Counted from the first letter of the stretch, positions 1-9,598 are shown. The stretch: DNA of 44,299 nt from a virus (IMGVR_UViG_3300036796_000076:1-44299), one strand, 5' to 3'. Numbers and translations: made by a program. Notes: generated from the sequence alone by a model not told the origin.

Positions 1-140
1 ACGACAATAGCCCGTAGTTGTGTTCTATTGCCATTCTGATATTATGTTCCTTTATAGTGTGACGAAAGCAGCACAATTAATAGGCATTTGTTCTTTGATT
101 ATGTTACGATACGAGGCAACTTAGAAACGGGAGAGCCGGG

Positions 141-2036
141 ATGAGCAAGGTAAAAATTGGCGAGTTGATCAACGCGCTTGTGAATGAGGTAGAGGCAATT
201 GATGCCTCAGACCGCCCACAAGGCGATAAAACGAAGAGAATTAAAGCCGCAGCCGCACGGTACAAGAACGCGTTATTTAATGATAAGCGAAAATTCCGTG
301 GAAAAGGTTTGCAAAAAAGAATAACTGCAAATACTTTTAACGCTTATATGAGCAGGGCAAGAAAACGCTTTGATGATAAATTGCATCATAGTTTTGATAA
401 AAATATTAATAAATTATCTGAAAAGTATCCGCTCTATAGTGAAGAATTATCTTCATGGTTGTCTATGCCTACGGCGAATATTAGACAGAATATGTCTGCG
501 CTACAATCCAAATTAAAATCAATAATGCCTCTTGCCGAAGAATTATCAAATATAAAACTAGGCGTTAAAGGCAGCGATGCAAAATTATCAAGACTAGCAA
601 AGAAATATCCAGATTGGAGTTTTGCTATTAGTGATTTATGCAGCGATGATTGGAAGGAAAGACGTGACTATCTTTATAAGTTATTCCAACAAGGCTCTGC
701 ATTGTTGGAAGAGCTGCATCAGCTCAAGGTCAACCACGAGGTTCTGTACCATCTTCAGCTAAGCCCTGCGGAGCGTACATCTATACAACAACGATGGGCC
801 GATGTTCTGCGCGAGAAGAAACGCAATGTTGTAGTTATTGACTACCCAAAATACATGCAGTCAATTTATGATATTTTGAATAGTCCTGCGACTTTATTTA
901 GTTTAAACACTCGTTCTGGAATGGCTCCTTTGGCCTTTGCTCTGGCTGCGGTATCGGGGCGAAGAATGATTGAGATAATGTTTCAGGGTGAATTTACCGT
1001 TTCCGGGAAATACACCGTTAATTTTTCAGGGCAGGCAAAAAAACGCTCTGAGAATAAAAATATAACCAGAACAATTTATACTTTATGCGAGGCTAAATTA
1101 TTTGTAGAACTATTAACCGAGTTACGTTCTTGCTCTGCTGCGTCTGACTTTGATGAAGTTATTCAGGGATATGGTAAGGATGATACAAGGTCCGAGAATG
1201 GTAGAATAAACGCTATTTTAGCAAAAGCTTTTAATCCTTGGGTTAAAACATTCTTTGGCGATGATCGCCGTGTTTATAAAGATAGTCGCGCTATTTACGC
1301 CCGTATCGCGTATGAGATGTTCTTTCGCGTCGATCCTCGGTGGAAAAACGTCGATGAGGACGTGTTCTTCATGGAGATTCTCGGCCACGACGACGAAAAC
1401 ACACAGCTTCACTATAAGCAATTCAAGCTGGCCAACTTCTCCAGAACCTGGCGCCCACATGTCGGGGATGAAAATACCCGGCTGGTGGCTCTACAGAAAC
1501 TGGACGATGAAATGCCTGGCTTTGCCAGAGGTGACGCTGGTGTCCGCCTCCATGAAACCGTTAAGCAGCTGGTGGAGCAGGACCCATCAGTGAAAATAAC
1601 CAACAGCACGCTCCGGGCCTTTAAATTTAGCCCAACGATGATAAGCCGATACTTGGAGTTTGCCGCTGATGCATTGAGCCAGTTCGTTGGTGATAATGGC
1701 CAGTGGCAGCTGAAGGTTGAAACGCCTGCAATCGTTCTGCCTGATGAGGATTCCGTTGATACCATCGACGAACCGGATGATGAGCCTCAAGACGACGAGC
1801 TGGACGACGATGAAATTGAGGTCGATGAGGGTGGCGGCGATGAGCCTACCGAAGATGAAGAGCCAGAAGGTCACCAGCCGGCTGCTCTAAAACCCATCTT
1901 CAAACCTGCAAAAAACAACGGGGACGGAACGTACAAGATAGAGTTTGAATACGATGGAAAGCATTACGCCTGGTCCGGCCCCGCCGATAACCCTATGGCA
2001 GCTATGCGATCCGCATGGGAAACCTACCACAGTTAA
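141..2036 (+). CDS. telN: Protelomerase (telomere resolvase)
   Basis: 631 aa, MSKVKIGELINALV start; tyrosine-recombinase-like motifs SGRRMIE, YKDSRAIY, LGHDDENTQLHYK; acidic C-terminal linker as in N15 TelN. Confidence 0.97.
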   Translation: MSKVKIGELINALVNEVEAIDASDRPQGDKTKRIKAAAARYKNALFNDKRKFRGKGLQKRITANTFNAYMSRARKRFDDKLHHSFDKNINKLSEKYPLYSEELSSWLSMPTANIRQNMSALQSKLKSIMPLAEELSNIKLGVKGSDAKLSRLAKKYPDWSFAISDLCSDDWKERRDYLYKLFQQGSALLEELHQLKVNHEVLYHLQLSPAERTSIQQRWADVLREKKRNVVVIDYPKYMQSIYDILNSPATLFSLNTRSGMAPLAFALAAVSGRRMIEIMFQGEFTVSGKYTVNFSGQAKKRSENKNITRTIYTLCEAKLFVELLTELRSCSAASDFDEVIQGYGKDDTRSENGRINAILAKAFNPWVKTFFGDDRRVYKDSRAIYARIAYEMFFRVDPRWKNVDEDVFFMEILGHDDENTQLHYKQFKLANFSRTWRPHVGDENTRLVALQKLDDEMPGFARGDAGVRLHETVKQLVEQDPSVKITNSTLRAFKFSPTMISRYLEFAADALSQFVGDNGQWQLKVETPAIVLPDEDSVDTIDEPDDEPQDDELDDDEIEVDEGGGDEPTEDEEPEGHQPAALKPIFKPAKNNGDGTYKIEFEYDGKHYAWSGPADNPMAAMRSAWETYHS

Positions 2037-2040
2037 AAGA

Positions 2041-2071
2041 AAAGCCACCGGTTCGAATCGGTGGCTTTTTT
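2041..2071. terminator. Intrinsic (probably bidirectional) terminator after telN
   Basis: AAAGCCACCGgttcgaatCGGTGGCTTTTTT, with an A run before and a T run after. Confidence 0.85.
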
Positions 2072-2209
2072 ATAGAGGCCTGTCCCTACCCATCCCCTGC
2101 AAGGAACGGAAGGATTAGGCGGAAACCGCAGCTGCAACAGCAGACATCGCCGTCCCGACTGCAGGGACTTCCCCGCGTATAGCGGGGCTTAAATTCGGGC
2201 TGGCCAACC

Positions 2210-2995
2210 CTATTTTTCTGCAATCGCTGACGAGGTTAATTTCGTGGATAGCGTCTCGAGCTTCTCTATGGCCAGCTCAAAATGTGCTGGCAGCACCTTC
2301 TCCAGTTCCGTATTGATATCAGTGATTGGTAGCTCTTCACACGACATACTCCGGCGTCCGCCGCGAACTACATCACGCAGCAGCTCCCGTTCGTAGGCCC
2401 GCATATTGCCCAGCGCAGTCTCTGCTGCCGTGAGTATCCGGCGCAGCTCAGCAACAATGGCAGGGAGATCATCAACGGTGATGGGATTGGGTGCCGGGTT
2501 CCTACATGCGCGACGCAGAGCCATCCATACCCCACTGATCCAGGCATTCCGATACTGAAAGCTCTGAGCAATGTCGTTTATTAGACCCTGTAGTTCGTTC
2601 TTCTGCCGCCAGTCGAGTGGCTCGCCGGCGCATTTGGTCGCGGGTTCGACATAGGTATAGCCGCCATTCTTGCGAATAGCCGGCAGCACTTCGTTTGTTA
2701 CCCATTTGCGGAACCGCCAGGCTGTGGTGCCTTGCTTCACCGCGTCACGGCAGCGGAGGATAAGGGTGTAGAGGCCGGACTCTGAAATAATCGAAACATT
2801 CGGGTTTCCTCGCTTTCCGTAACTTAAAGTTACGGTATTTTTTTCATCATCATCAAGCGATGACAGCGCCTTGCGAGAATTAACGAGGGTTAATGCATCG
2901 CACACATCCTTAGCAACAAACCACGGATTACCATCAACCATGACCACTCGGACCGGACGGCTTTCCTGAAATGAAAAGACAGAGAGTGTGTTCAT
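2210..2995 (-). CDS. antB: BRO-N domain antirepressor-family protein (immA operon)
   Basis: BRO-N motifs PWFVAKDVC, ISESGLYTLI, FRKWVTNEVLPAIRK; last gene of the immA operon next to telN. Confidence 0.8.
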   Translation of the reverse strand: MNTLSVFSFQESRPVRVVMVDGNPWFVAKDVCDALTLVNSRKALSSLDDDEKNTVTLSYGKRGNPNVSIISESGLYTLILRCRDAVKQGTTAWRFRKWVTNEVLPAIRKNGGYTYVEPATKCAGEPLDWRQKNELQGLINDIAQSFQYRNAWISGVWMALRRACRNPAPNPITVDDLPAIVAELRRILTAAETALGNMRAYERELLRDVVRGGRRSMSCEELPITDINTELEKVLPAHFELAIEKLETLSTKLTSSAIAEK

Positions 2996-3222
2996 TTTGC
3001 CTCCCCTGATTTCAGCTGCTCAGATAAGGACAGGGAGCAACCGCGAGCCTCTTGCGTAAGTTCACGTGCCACCTGGAGGAGTTCGGCGGCCTCCTGCAAA
3101 TACAGTGAAGCCTCATAACTGGAGATAGTGCGGTGGGCAGATGATACCAGCGCTTCTACTTGCGTCAGGCGCTCATCAATCGACTCCAGCAGGCCCTGGG
3201 CGTTTAGCTGAATCTGGTTCAT
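2992..3222 (-). CDS. antA: Antirepressor AntA-like
   Basis: 76 aa helical protein coupled by ATGA overlaps between icd and the BRO-N gene; N15 immA synteny. Confidence 0.7.
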   Translation of the reverse strand: MNQIQLNAQGLLESIDERLTQVEALVSSAHRTISSYEASLYLQEAAELLQVARELTQEARGCSLSLSEQLKSGEAK

Positions 3223-3383
3223 ACGATCACCTCGCTGACCGGGATACGGGCTGACAGAACGAGGACAAAACGGCTGGCAAACTGGCGACGGGCTTCCCGT
3301 TCGGACGGCGCAACGGTGGAAAGACGGTGGATATGGGATTTTTTATCGGTACGGCAGATCGCCGCGAATCTGTATTTGAACAT
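3219..3383 (-). CDS. icd: Host cell division inhibitor, Icd-like (not in the ORF track)
   Basis: Translated by hand: MFKYRFAAICRTDKKSHIHRLSTVAPSEREARRQFASRFVLVLSARIPVSEVIV (54 aa). SEREARR...LVLSARIP is the Icd motif; GGAG RBS upstream. Confidence 0.85.
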   Translation of the reverse strand: MFKYRFAAICRTDKKSHIHRLSTVAPSEREARRQFASRFVLVLSARIPVSEVIV

Positions 3384-3439
3384 GGTATGCACTCCGTTTA
3401 ATTAGTAGTGCTACCACCAGAGTTCTCACGCTCTAAGGG

Positions 3440-3521
3440 GGTGGTAGCCCAGACGGGGGTGAGAATACCGGTAAACGAAGAAACCGGCCCGACCGTAGTC
3501 GGCCCCGCCTGAGCCACCATA
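3440..3521 (-). ncRNA. c4/CI-type antisense immunity RNA (N15 CA RNA)
   Basis: Closing stem 3440-3452 with 3509-3519. Internal CTTCGTTTAC and TTCTCAC segments are complementary to same-transcript targets at 3576-3597 and 3423-3429. Confidence 0.8.
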
Positions 3522-3628
3522 ATTCGGATGTACGCAGGTACAGGCACAAAAAAACACGCTGGCGCGTGTTGTGCGCTTCGTTTACTCGGGTTCTCACGCC
3601 CGGCTGCGGAATTTGCCGCAACGGGCTA

Positions 3629-3658
3629 ACTCTACCGCCAAAACGAAACGCACGTCAA
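3629..3658 (-). promoter_or_regulatory. immA operon sigma70 promoter
   Basis: TTGACG-N18-TAGAGT on the minus strand upstream of the CA leader. Confidence 0.6.
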
Positions 3659-3746
3659 TAATTTACGTAGATACTTTACCCCGTGACCCGTCACGGGGAT
3701 AGCCGTTTTTATAGTTTGCTTTACTAACTGATCAGAACCTGATCAG

Positions 3747-4163
3747 TTACTTCTCTTGTGGGTAGGTTTTGCGGAACTGGTCAACCACTTCCCATGAATT
3801 AACTTCTGCGGGAGTTTCATCGTAAGCATAACCAGTATAATTTTCGCTAAAATGTGATTCGGCGTATTGGGACGCCTTACCGTTCGCAGGATGCACAACA
3901 TAATGATCAGGGCGTGAATTTTCCTGAACCACTTCAAAAAGAGGCGTGGGTCCAACGGTTTCGTTTCTATCAAAACACATTACAAACCAGCGTTGCTCAA
4001 ATTGCTGGCGACGGCAGGACAAATCAAGGGAGACATAGTTTTTCATCTGAGTATCTAAGCCTTCTTGGGCCGTGACGACATAACCCGGCGCATCTACCTC
4101 TCCATCCCCACAACCAGCCAGCAATGCTGCAACCATCCCTACTAAAATAAGTTTCTTGTGCAT
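3747..4163 (-). CDS. Putative lipoprotein (moron-like)
   Basis: MHKK + hydrophobic stretch + LAGC lipobox; AGGA RBS; AT-rich upstream region. Confidence 0.75.
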   Translation of the reverse strand: MHKKLILVGMVAALLAGCGDGEVDAPGYVVTAQEGLDTQMKNYVSLDLSCRRQQFEQRWFVMCFDRNETVGPTPLFEVVQENSRPDHYVVHPANGKASQYAESHFSENYTGYAYDETPAEVNSWEVVDQFRKTYPQEK

Positions 4164-4224
4164 AAATCCTGCTTATTGTCTTATAAGTTTAGAGGGTATT
4201 TTATACACAAGAAACAGCGGGTTA

Positions 4225-4575
4225 CTACTTTAACCCAGTGATCCTGCTAATGACCGCAGCTACCTTCGACGTTGTCTCAAACCCCATGCGGCCACGAATG
4301 AGCCACTGGAACGGAATGGTCAGGAGGTACAGCGGAACGAACCACAAACGGTTCAGGCGCTGCAAGAACGTCGCATCGCGCCTGCTCATCCATTCGGTAT
4401 TGTCGACGACCTGGTAAGCGTATTGCCCTGGCGTTTTTGCTGCTTCCGAGTAGTAATCCTCTTCGCCACAGAGAAAGTTACTTATTTTCTTCCAGTTTTC
4501 GAACCCCTCTTCTTTGAGCCGCTTCTCCAGCTCGGACCGATACAAAACCGGAACCCACCCTCTGCGGTAAATCAT
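4225..4575 (-). CDS. Hypothetical phage protein
   Basis: Start MIYRRGW after GGAGG; ATGA overlap with the upstream ORF; hydrophobic C-terminal segment. Confidence 0.7.
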   Translation of the reverse strand: MIYRRGWVPVLYRSELEKRLKEEGFENWKKISNFLCGEEDYYSEAAKTPGQYAYQVVDNTEWMSRRDATFLQRLNRLWFVPLYLLTIPFQWLIRGRMGFETTSKVAAVISRITGLK

Positions 4576-4784
4576 GATTTTTCCTCCGCCCGAATCAGTT
4601 CCGTTCTGCCTCGTATATCCCCGCACCTGAAACCGCCGGTCGCTACGCCCGAACCGGATTTCGGGAAGAAACCAGCTGCACGTTCGGCGGCAATAAACTC
4701 TTCCTGGGTAACTTCCTTCTCACCAACGGCTGGATGGGAAAGGAAAAAGCAGAGCGTGTAACCCAAACGTTCAAGATGATCCAT
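4572..4784 (-). CDS. Hypothetical phage protein
   Basis: Tightly packed in the operon downstream of repA; VTQEEFIAAERAAGF motif; start uncertain. Confidence 0.55.
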   Translation of the reverse strand: MDHLERLGYTLCFFLSHPAVGEKEVTQEEFIAAERAAGFFPKSGSGVATGGFRCGDIRGRTELIRAEEKS

Positions 4785-4786
4785 GT

Positions 4787-5116
4787 TTACCCCCACTGGC
4801 CATCAGCAAATAACGCCTCGTACTCGGATGCTGGCAGGCGTTGCCCTCGAATAGAAAAGTTCAACCAGCCACGGGGTTCAGGGTTACTTTTGTCCTCATC
4901 TTCCCAGCGTTTTTTCGCTTCGTAGGCCAGACATTCAACCGCTTTGAGATAATCATCCGTTCGGAACCAACCGTAGTTTACCGAGCCATCAGTAACCGCC
5001 CAGGCAACCTTTTTCTCTTCTTCCTGAATGGCCCTAATTCGTGCCTCGCATTCATCGCGACAGTGCTTCAGCTGCTCGTAATCCAGCTTGTTCAGGAACT
5101 CCGGTGTCGACGTCAT
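4787..5116 (-). CDS. Hypothetical phage protein
   Basis: 109 aa ORF, ATGA overlap with the previous gene, AAGG RBS. Confidence 0.75.
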   Translation of the reverse strand: MTSTPEFLNKLDYEQLKHCRDECEARIRAIQEEEKKVAWAVTDGSVNYGWFRTDDYLKAVECLAYEAKKRWEDEDKSNPEPRGWLNFSIRGQRLPASEYEALFADGQWG

Positions 5117-5361
5117 AGTGGTTTTACCTTAAAAGCCTTGAGAAGCGCCCTGGCTTCGTCTGTGCTGTCTTCCATGTTCTTATCGCTGGCAATGCAGCAG
5201 TAAACACCCTCACTATCTGAGAACCCGTTCATCCTAATTATCGTGAATGGAAGTTCCCGGATAGTTTTGTGATCGCTATAACTTGTCGCGTCGCGGCTGA
5301 CGTTGACCACATAAGGGTCACAGCCTTCAACAATGACAAGACATTCCCGTTGTTTTCCCAT
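5113..5361 (-). CDS. Hypothetical phage protein
   Basis: Start MGKQREC after GGAGGG, just past the repA stop; the longer ORF-track version overlaps repA. Confidence 0.7.
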   Translation of the reverse strand: MGKQRECLVIVEGCDPYVVNVSRDATSYSDHKTIRELPFTIIRMNGFSDSEGVYCCIASDKNMEDSTDEARALLKAFKVKPL

Positions 5362-5372
5362 ATTCCCTCCGG

Positions 5373-8300
5373 TTATACAGCCAGTGCTTGCCGCTGGCTC
5401 AGAAACGCTTTCAGCAGCCTTATTTCGCGTACTGATAGCATGTCCATAAATTCTGTCATGTACAGCGACGCGAACGTTCTCGCTATGCTGGCCACAGGCC
5501 ACAGGCGTACCGCCTCCATTTCTGTTGCCGGCAACACGGTCTCCGCCCAAGCTTCCGGCACCGCCACCGGGATGGCCTCCAGTGCTTGGCTAATTACTGA
5601 TAGTGGGGCGTCCTGAATGTGGTCTGTTTTGGATCGAGGGTTTCCATGTATATCTATATTTAGATCCAGATCGCGATCCACTTCGAATGTGGTTTTTTCC
5701 ACCTTACGTGCATGAATTGATAAACCGGCCTTGCGGCGCTTCTCTACGATATGCATGAGGAACTCGACTGATTCCGGGTCGATAGAACGCATCGTGGGGC
5801 GAGCATCGCCATCTCTGGCGCGTCTGGTCTTACTGGATATCCCCATGGACTCCAGTATGCCTATACATAGGTCTGCAGGCGCTTTCTTCTTGCCTTTCTC
5901 TGTATTGAACCCACCAATGCGTAAAACGTTGTTAAGCAGATCTCGTCGTTCCGGTGTAAGCAGGTTATCCCTAGCGCGCTTGAGGGCATCCATATCGGCC
6001 TCTCCTGCCAGAGTTTGTGGATCAATGCCGCAGTCGCGGAAATACTGCCGCAGAGTTGCCGATTTGAGGGTATAGAAGCCGCGCATGCCGATCTCTACAG
6101 CTGGGGTAGATTTCACGCGGTAATCGGTTATGGCCGGGAATTTAGCTTGGAACTCTTCGTCGGCCTGTTCACGTGTCATGGCAGTCGTGACAAATTGTTG
6201 CCATCGTCCAGCTACGCGATAAGCATAAGTAAAGTGGATCAATGCTTCCTCACGATCCAGGCGACGGGCAGATATCTCGTCCAGCTGCATGGTCTCAAAC
6301 AGACGAACTTTTTTCAGGCCACCGTCGAAATAGAATTTTAACGCCTCTTCATCGACATCCAGCTGCAGCTCCTTCTCAATGTCCCAACGGACCAGTTGGG
6401 CCTGTTCATCCAGAGAAAGAGTGCGTTTTTTTATAAGTTCATCGTGTTCGCCCTGATCTGGAGTATCGACACTCAGATGGCGTTCTATAAGCTGCTCAAA
6501 TACCAGTTCACGGGCTTCTTTGCGTAAATCCTTACCGATGCTGTTTGCCAGTGCGTCGGTAGCCATAGGCGCGACCTGATAACCATCATCATGCATGATG
6601 CAGATCATGTTGCTGGCGTAATCGTTCCGCGCCGATGCTTCGAGCGCAGCGGCTTTAATTTTTAACTGCATGAATGACGAATTGGCCACGCCGAGTGAAA
6701 TTCGGTCTCCGTCAAAGACGACATCCGTTAGTAGCCCGGAGTTGCCAGCCGTTTCTAGCAAAGCCTGCGCGTAAGCGCGTTTGATTTTTTCCGGATCGGT
6801 TTCACGTTTACCGCGTAGTTTGTCGAATCCGATGATGTATTCCTGAGCAGTGCGGTCGCGGCGCAACATCTGGATGGCGTCACTGGGGACCACTTCGCCG
6901 CAGAACATGCCAAAATGACGATGGAAATGCTTCTCCTCAATAGATACTCCCGAGGAGATTGAAGGGCTGTAGATGAGGCCGTCATATTTATTTACCATCA
7001 CTTTTGGCTGATTGGTGAAATCGTCGACTTCCTTCTCCTGTTTGTTTTTCTGGTTAACGCAGAGAAACTTTTTGTCAGGGAACTGCAGTCGCAGCTGCAT
7101 GGTAACGTCTTCGGCGAACGTCGAGCTGTCAGTTGCCAGCATGATTCGTTCACCACGTTGTACCGCAGCGATCACTTCGGTCATGATGCGATTCTTTTCG
7201 GTATAGAACACTTTAATCGGTTTGTTTGTTTCGCGGTTGCGAACGTCGACCGGTAGTTCGATCACGTGAATTTGTAGCCAGGCTGGCAATCCCAACTCCT
7301 CGCGTCGCTTCATGGCCAGTTCAGCTAGGTCAACCAGCAGATCGTTGGCATCAGCATCGACCATAAGGGCATGGTCTTCAGTACGCGCCAGCGCATCGAT
7401 AAGTGTGCTGAATACGCCTACTGGGTTTTCCATCGCTCGCCCGGCCAGAATGGCACGTAGCCCCTGTGTGGCTTCATCGAAACCGAAGAAGTCATGCTGG
7501 CGCATCAGCGGTTGCCAGCAACCTTTTGGTATGGAGTTTATGCAGATCGTCAGTTTGTTGGCATAGGGTGCCATTTCCTGATAGCCAGGGTCCTGATAAT
7601 GCAGAATATCGGCTTTCGCGCCTTTTCCTTCGGTCATCATTTCATGCAGGCCGCCAATCAGGGAGACCCGGTGCGCAACAGAAACGCCACGCGTGGATTG
7701 CAGCATCAGCGGACGCAGTAGGCCTGTCGATTTACCAGACCCCATACCGGCACGGACAATAACGATGCCCTGCAGCTGTGCGGCGTATGTCATCACTTCA
7801 TCGGTCATTCTGGCAGTTTCGAACCGTTTATACGTGATATGTGACGGACGCAGGTTCGGGTTGGTGATGCGTTCACTGAACGAACGTGAAGTCTGTGCGG
7901 CACGGCATTTTCGATTCAGTCGACGAGTAATGTGATCTTTAACGGTGCTGTTATAGATTTCTGCGATACCCATTTCGCGCAGCGTGGTGCTGAACAGGCG
8001 CATAAGTTCTTTCGGGCTGTTTGGTACCGGACATGTCAGCATACCAATATCGACCGCGCGCAGCAGCTCTTTGGCAAATGTACGTCGGTTCTGACGCGGG
8101 AGAGTACGCAGCTTATTCAGCGTGATCGACAAAAGGTCGGTAGCGCGGCTTAAGTGATTTTTCTTTAACTGGCGAGCAACCTCTTTCAGCCCTCTCAGAC
8201 TGTGCAGATCGTTAAAGTCGCTGCATTCCAGCTCCGGGTCGTCTTCAAACGTAGGGTAGACACATTTAACACCCGAAAACTTCTCAATGATGTCGTATCC

Positions 8301-9347
8301 GGTGCGCAGGCCTGTATTGCCTTTTCCTTCAGCTGACGATTTACGGTCGTTATCCAGAGCGCAGGTGATCTGCGCAGCCGGGTACATGTTCACCAGCTGC
8401 TCGACAACGTGAATCATGTTGTTCGCGGAAACCGCGATGACTACAGCGTCAAAACGTCTTTTAGGGTCATTTCTGGTTGCCAGCCAGATGGAGGCTCCGG
8501 TGGCAAAACCTTCTGCAGTTGCAATTTTTTGTGCGCCTTGCAGGTCGCCAATGACAAAACAAGCGCCAACAAAATCGCCGTTGGTGATAGCGCTGGTCTG
8601 GAATTTGCCACCATTCAGATCTATACGTTGCCAGCCTACAATTTGCCCGTCTTTACGCCCATCAAGATGGGCCAGTGGGATAGCCATATAGGTTGTCGGG
8701 CCACGGTTCCATTTCGCGCCGTCGTGACTGGTCACGCGACGTATATCGCAAGCACTAAATACGTCACGAATTCCTTTTTTTACTGCGTATGGCCATGAAC
8801 CGTCTTCAGCTGGCGCGTGCTCCCACGCATTAAGGAACGCGAACCATCCAAGCAGGCGTTCTTGCTCCATCTGATTGTTTTTTAAATCATTTACGCGTTG
8901 TTGTTCAGCGCGGAGACGGCGTGATTCGGCTTGGCGCTCCATGCGAGCGCGTTCTTCTTCTGGCTGAGCGACCGTGGTCGCACCATTCCGCTGCTGCTCA
9001 CGGCGATACTCTGAAAAAAGAAACGAAAAGCCACTCCAGGAGCCAGCGTCATGCGCTTTTTCCACGAAGTTAACGAATGGATAGCTGATGCCATCTTTGC
9101 TCTGCTCAAGGCGTGAATAAATTTCAACACGGCCTTTGAGGCTCTTCTGCAGAGCTTCCGGGGAGGAATTATTGTAGGTGGTATAGCGCTCTACACCACC
9201 GCGCGGATTGAGCTGAATCTTATCAGCACACGCATGCCAGTTAATACCGGCCATTTGCGCCAGTTCACTAAGCTCGTCCCGTGCTGCTTCGAGCAATGAA
9301 TACGGATCGCTGCTAAAGCGCTCCGCGTAGAAGTTTTGTAAGGTCAT
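5373..9347 (-). CDS. repA: Multifunctional replication protein (primase/helicase/origin binding)
   Basis: Likely start MTLQNFYAERF gives 1324 aa. TOPRIM motifs AEGFATG and ALDND; Walker A AGMGSGKST; FDEA; QMLRRDR. Confidence 0.95.
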   Translation of the reverse strand: MTLQNFYAERFSSDPYSLLEAARDELSELAQMAGINWHACADKIQLNPRGGVERYTTYNNSSPEALQKSLKGRVEIYSRLEQSKDGISYPFVNFVEKAHDAGSWSGFSFLFSEYRREQQRNGATTVAQPEEERARMERQAESRRLRAEQQRVNDLKNNQMEQERLLGWFAFLNAWEHAPAEDGSWPYAVKKGIRDVFSACDIRRVTSHDGAKWNRGPTTYMAIPLAHLDGRKDGQIVGWQRIDLNGGKFQTSAITNGDFVGACFVIGDLQGAQKIATAEGFATGASIWLATRNDPKRRFDAVVIAVSANNMIHVVEQLVNMYPAAQITCALDNDRKSSAEGKGNTGLRTGYDIIEKFSGVKCVYPTFEDDPELECSDFNDLHSLRGLKEVARQLKKNHLSRATDLLSITLNKLRTLPRQNRRTFAKELLRAVDIGMLTCPVPNSPKELMRLFSTTLREMGIAEIYNSTVKDHITRRLNRKCRAAQTSRSFSERITNPNLRPSHITYKRFETARMTDEVMTYAAQLQGIVIVRAGMGSGKSTGLLRPLMLQSTRGVSVAHRVSLIGGLHEMMTEGKGAKADILHYQDPGYQEMAPYANKLTICINSIPKGCWQPLMRQHDFFGFDEATQGLRAILAGRAMENPVGVFSTLIDALARTEDHALMVDADANDLLVDLAELAMKRREELGLPAWLQIHVIELPVDVRNRETNKPIKVFYTEKNRIMTEVIAAVQRGERIMLATDSSTFAEDVTMQLRLQFPDKKFLCVNQKNKQEKEVDDFTNQPKVMVNKYDGLIYSPSISSGVSIEEKHFHRHFGMFCGEVVPSDAIQMLRRDRTAQEYIIGFDKLRGKRETDPEKIKRAYAQALLETAGNSGLLTDVVFDGDRISLGVANSSFMQLKIKAAALEASARNDYASNMICIMHDDGYQVAPMATDALANSIGKDLRKEARELVFEQLIERHLSVDTPDQGEHDELIKKRTLSLDEQAQLVRWDIEKELQLDVDEEALKFYFDGGLKKVRLFETMQLDEISARRLDREEALIHFTYAYRVAGRWQQFVTTAMTREQADEEFQAKFPAITDYRVKSTPAVEIGMRGFYTLKSATLRQYFRDCGIDPQTLAGEADMDALKRARDNLLTPERRDLLNNVLRIGGFNTEKGKKKAPADLCIGILESMGISSKTRRARDGDARPTMRSIDPESVEFLMHIVEKRRKAGLSIHARKVEKTTFEVDRDLDLNIDIHGNPRSKTDHIQDAPLSVISQALEAIPVAVPEAWAETVLPATEMEAVRLWPVASIARTFASLYMTEFMDMLSVREIRLLKAFLSQRQALAV
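8967..8982. promoter_or_regulatory. sopC/parS-like centromere 1 (inside repA)
   Basis: AGCGACCGTGGTCGCA; one mismatch to the TGCGACC-N2-GGTCGCA palindrome. Confidence 0.75.
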
Positions 9348-9397
9348 TTTTTTAGCCTTTCCATGCGAATTATGTTTTTTCGGGTTGAAAAAATCCG

Positions 9398-9505
9398 CAG
9401 GAGCAGCCACAATAAACGCACAATCTTCCGAGGGACTGCGTCGCGTTTTTGTTGTGGGTGCTGCTCCTGAAAAAAGGCCCGAGTTTGCCGACTCGGGTTT
9501 TTTTT
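9398..9505 (+). ncRNA. Putative antisense/attenuator RNA in the repA leader
   Basis: Long hairpin CAGGAGCAGC...GCTGCTCCTG (9398-9469), then GGCCCGAGT-loop-ACTCGGGTT plus a T run: a + strand terminator antisense to repA. Confidence 0.5.
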
Positions 9506-9545
9506 CGTCTTTTTTCTGCTGCTGCAATCTGGATCAACCCCAAAA

Positions 9546-9584
9546 TTATAGACAGGATTAAACCAGATTTATAGACAGCAATAA
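9546..9584. promoter_or_regulatory. CB operators (OL) at the repA promoter
   Basis: TTATAgacaggATTAA (9546-9561) and TTATAgacagcAATAA (9569-9584), resembling TTATA-N6-TATAA. Confidence 0.65.
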
Positions 9585-9598
9585 ACCCTAATGTTAGA

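Noticed and set aside
3433-3621. 62-aa Ash-like ORF over the CA RNA
   Set aside because: TTG start only a few bases after the predicted transcription start, and the region is explained by RNA structure; a regulatory leader peptide cannot be excluded.
9348-9527. 60-aa N-terminal extension of RepA in the ORF track
   Set aside because: Runs through the structured leader; the ATG at 9347 gives the N15-like length.
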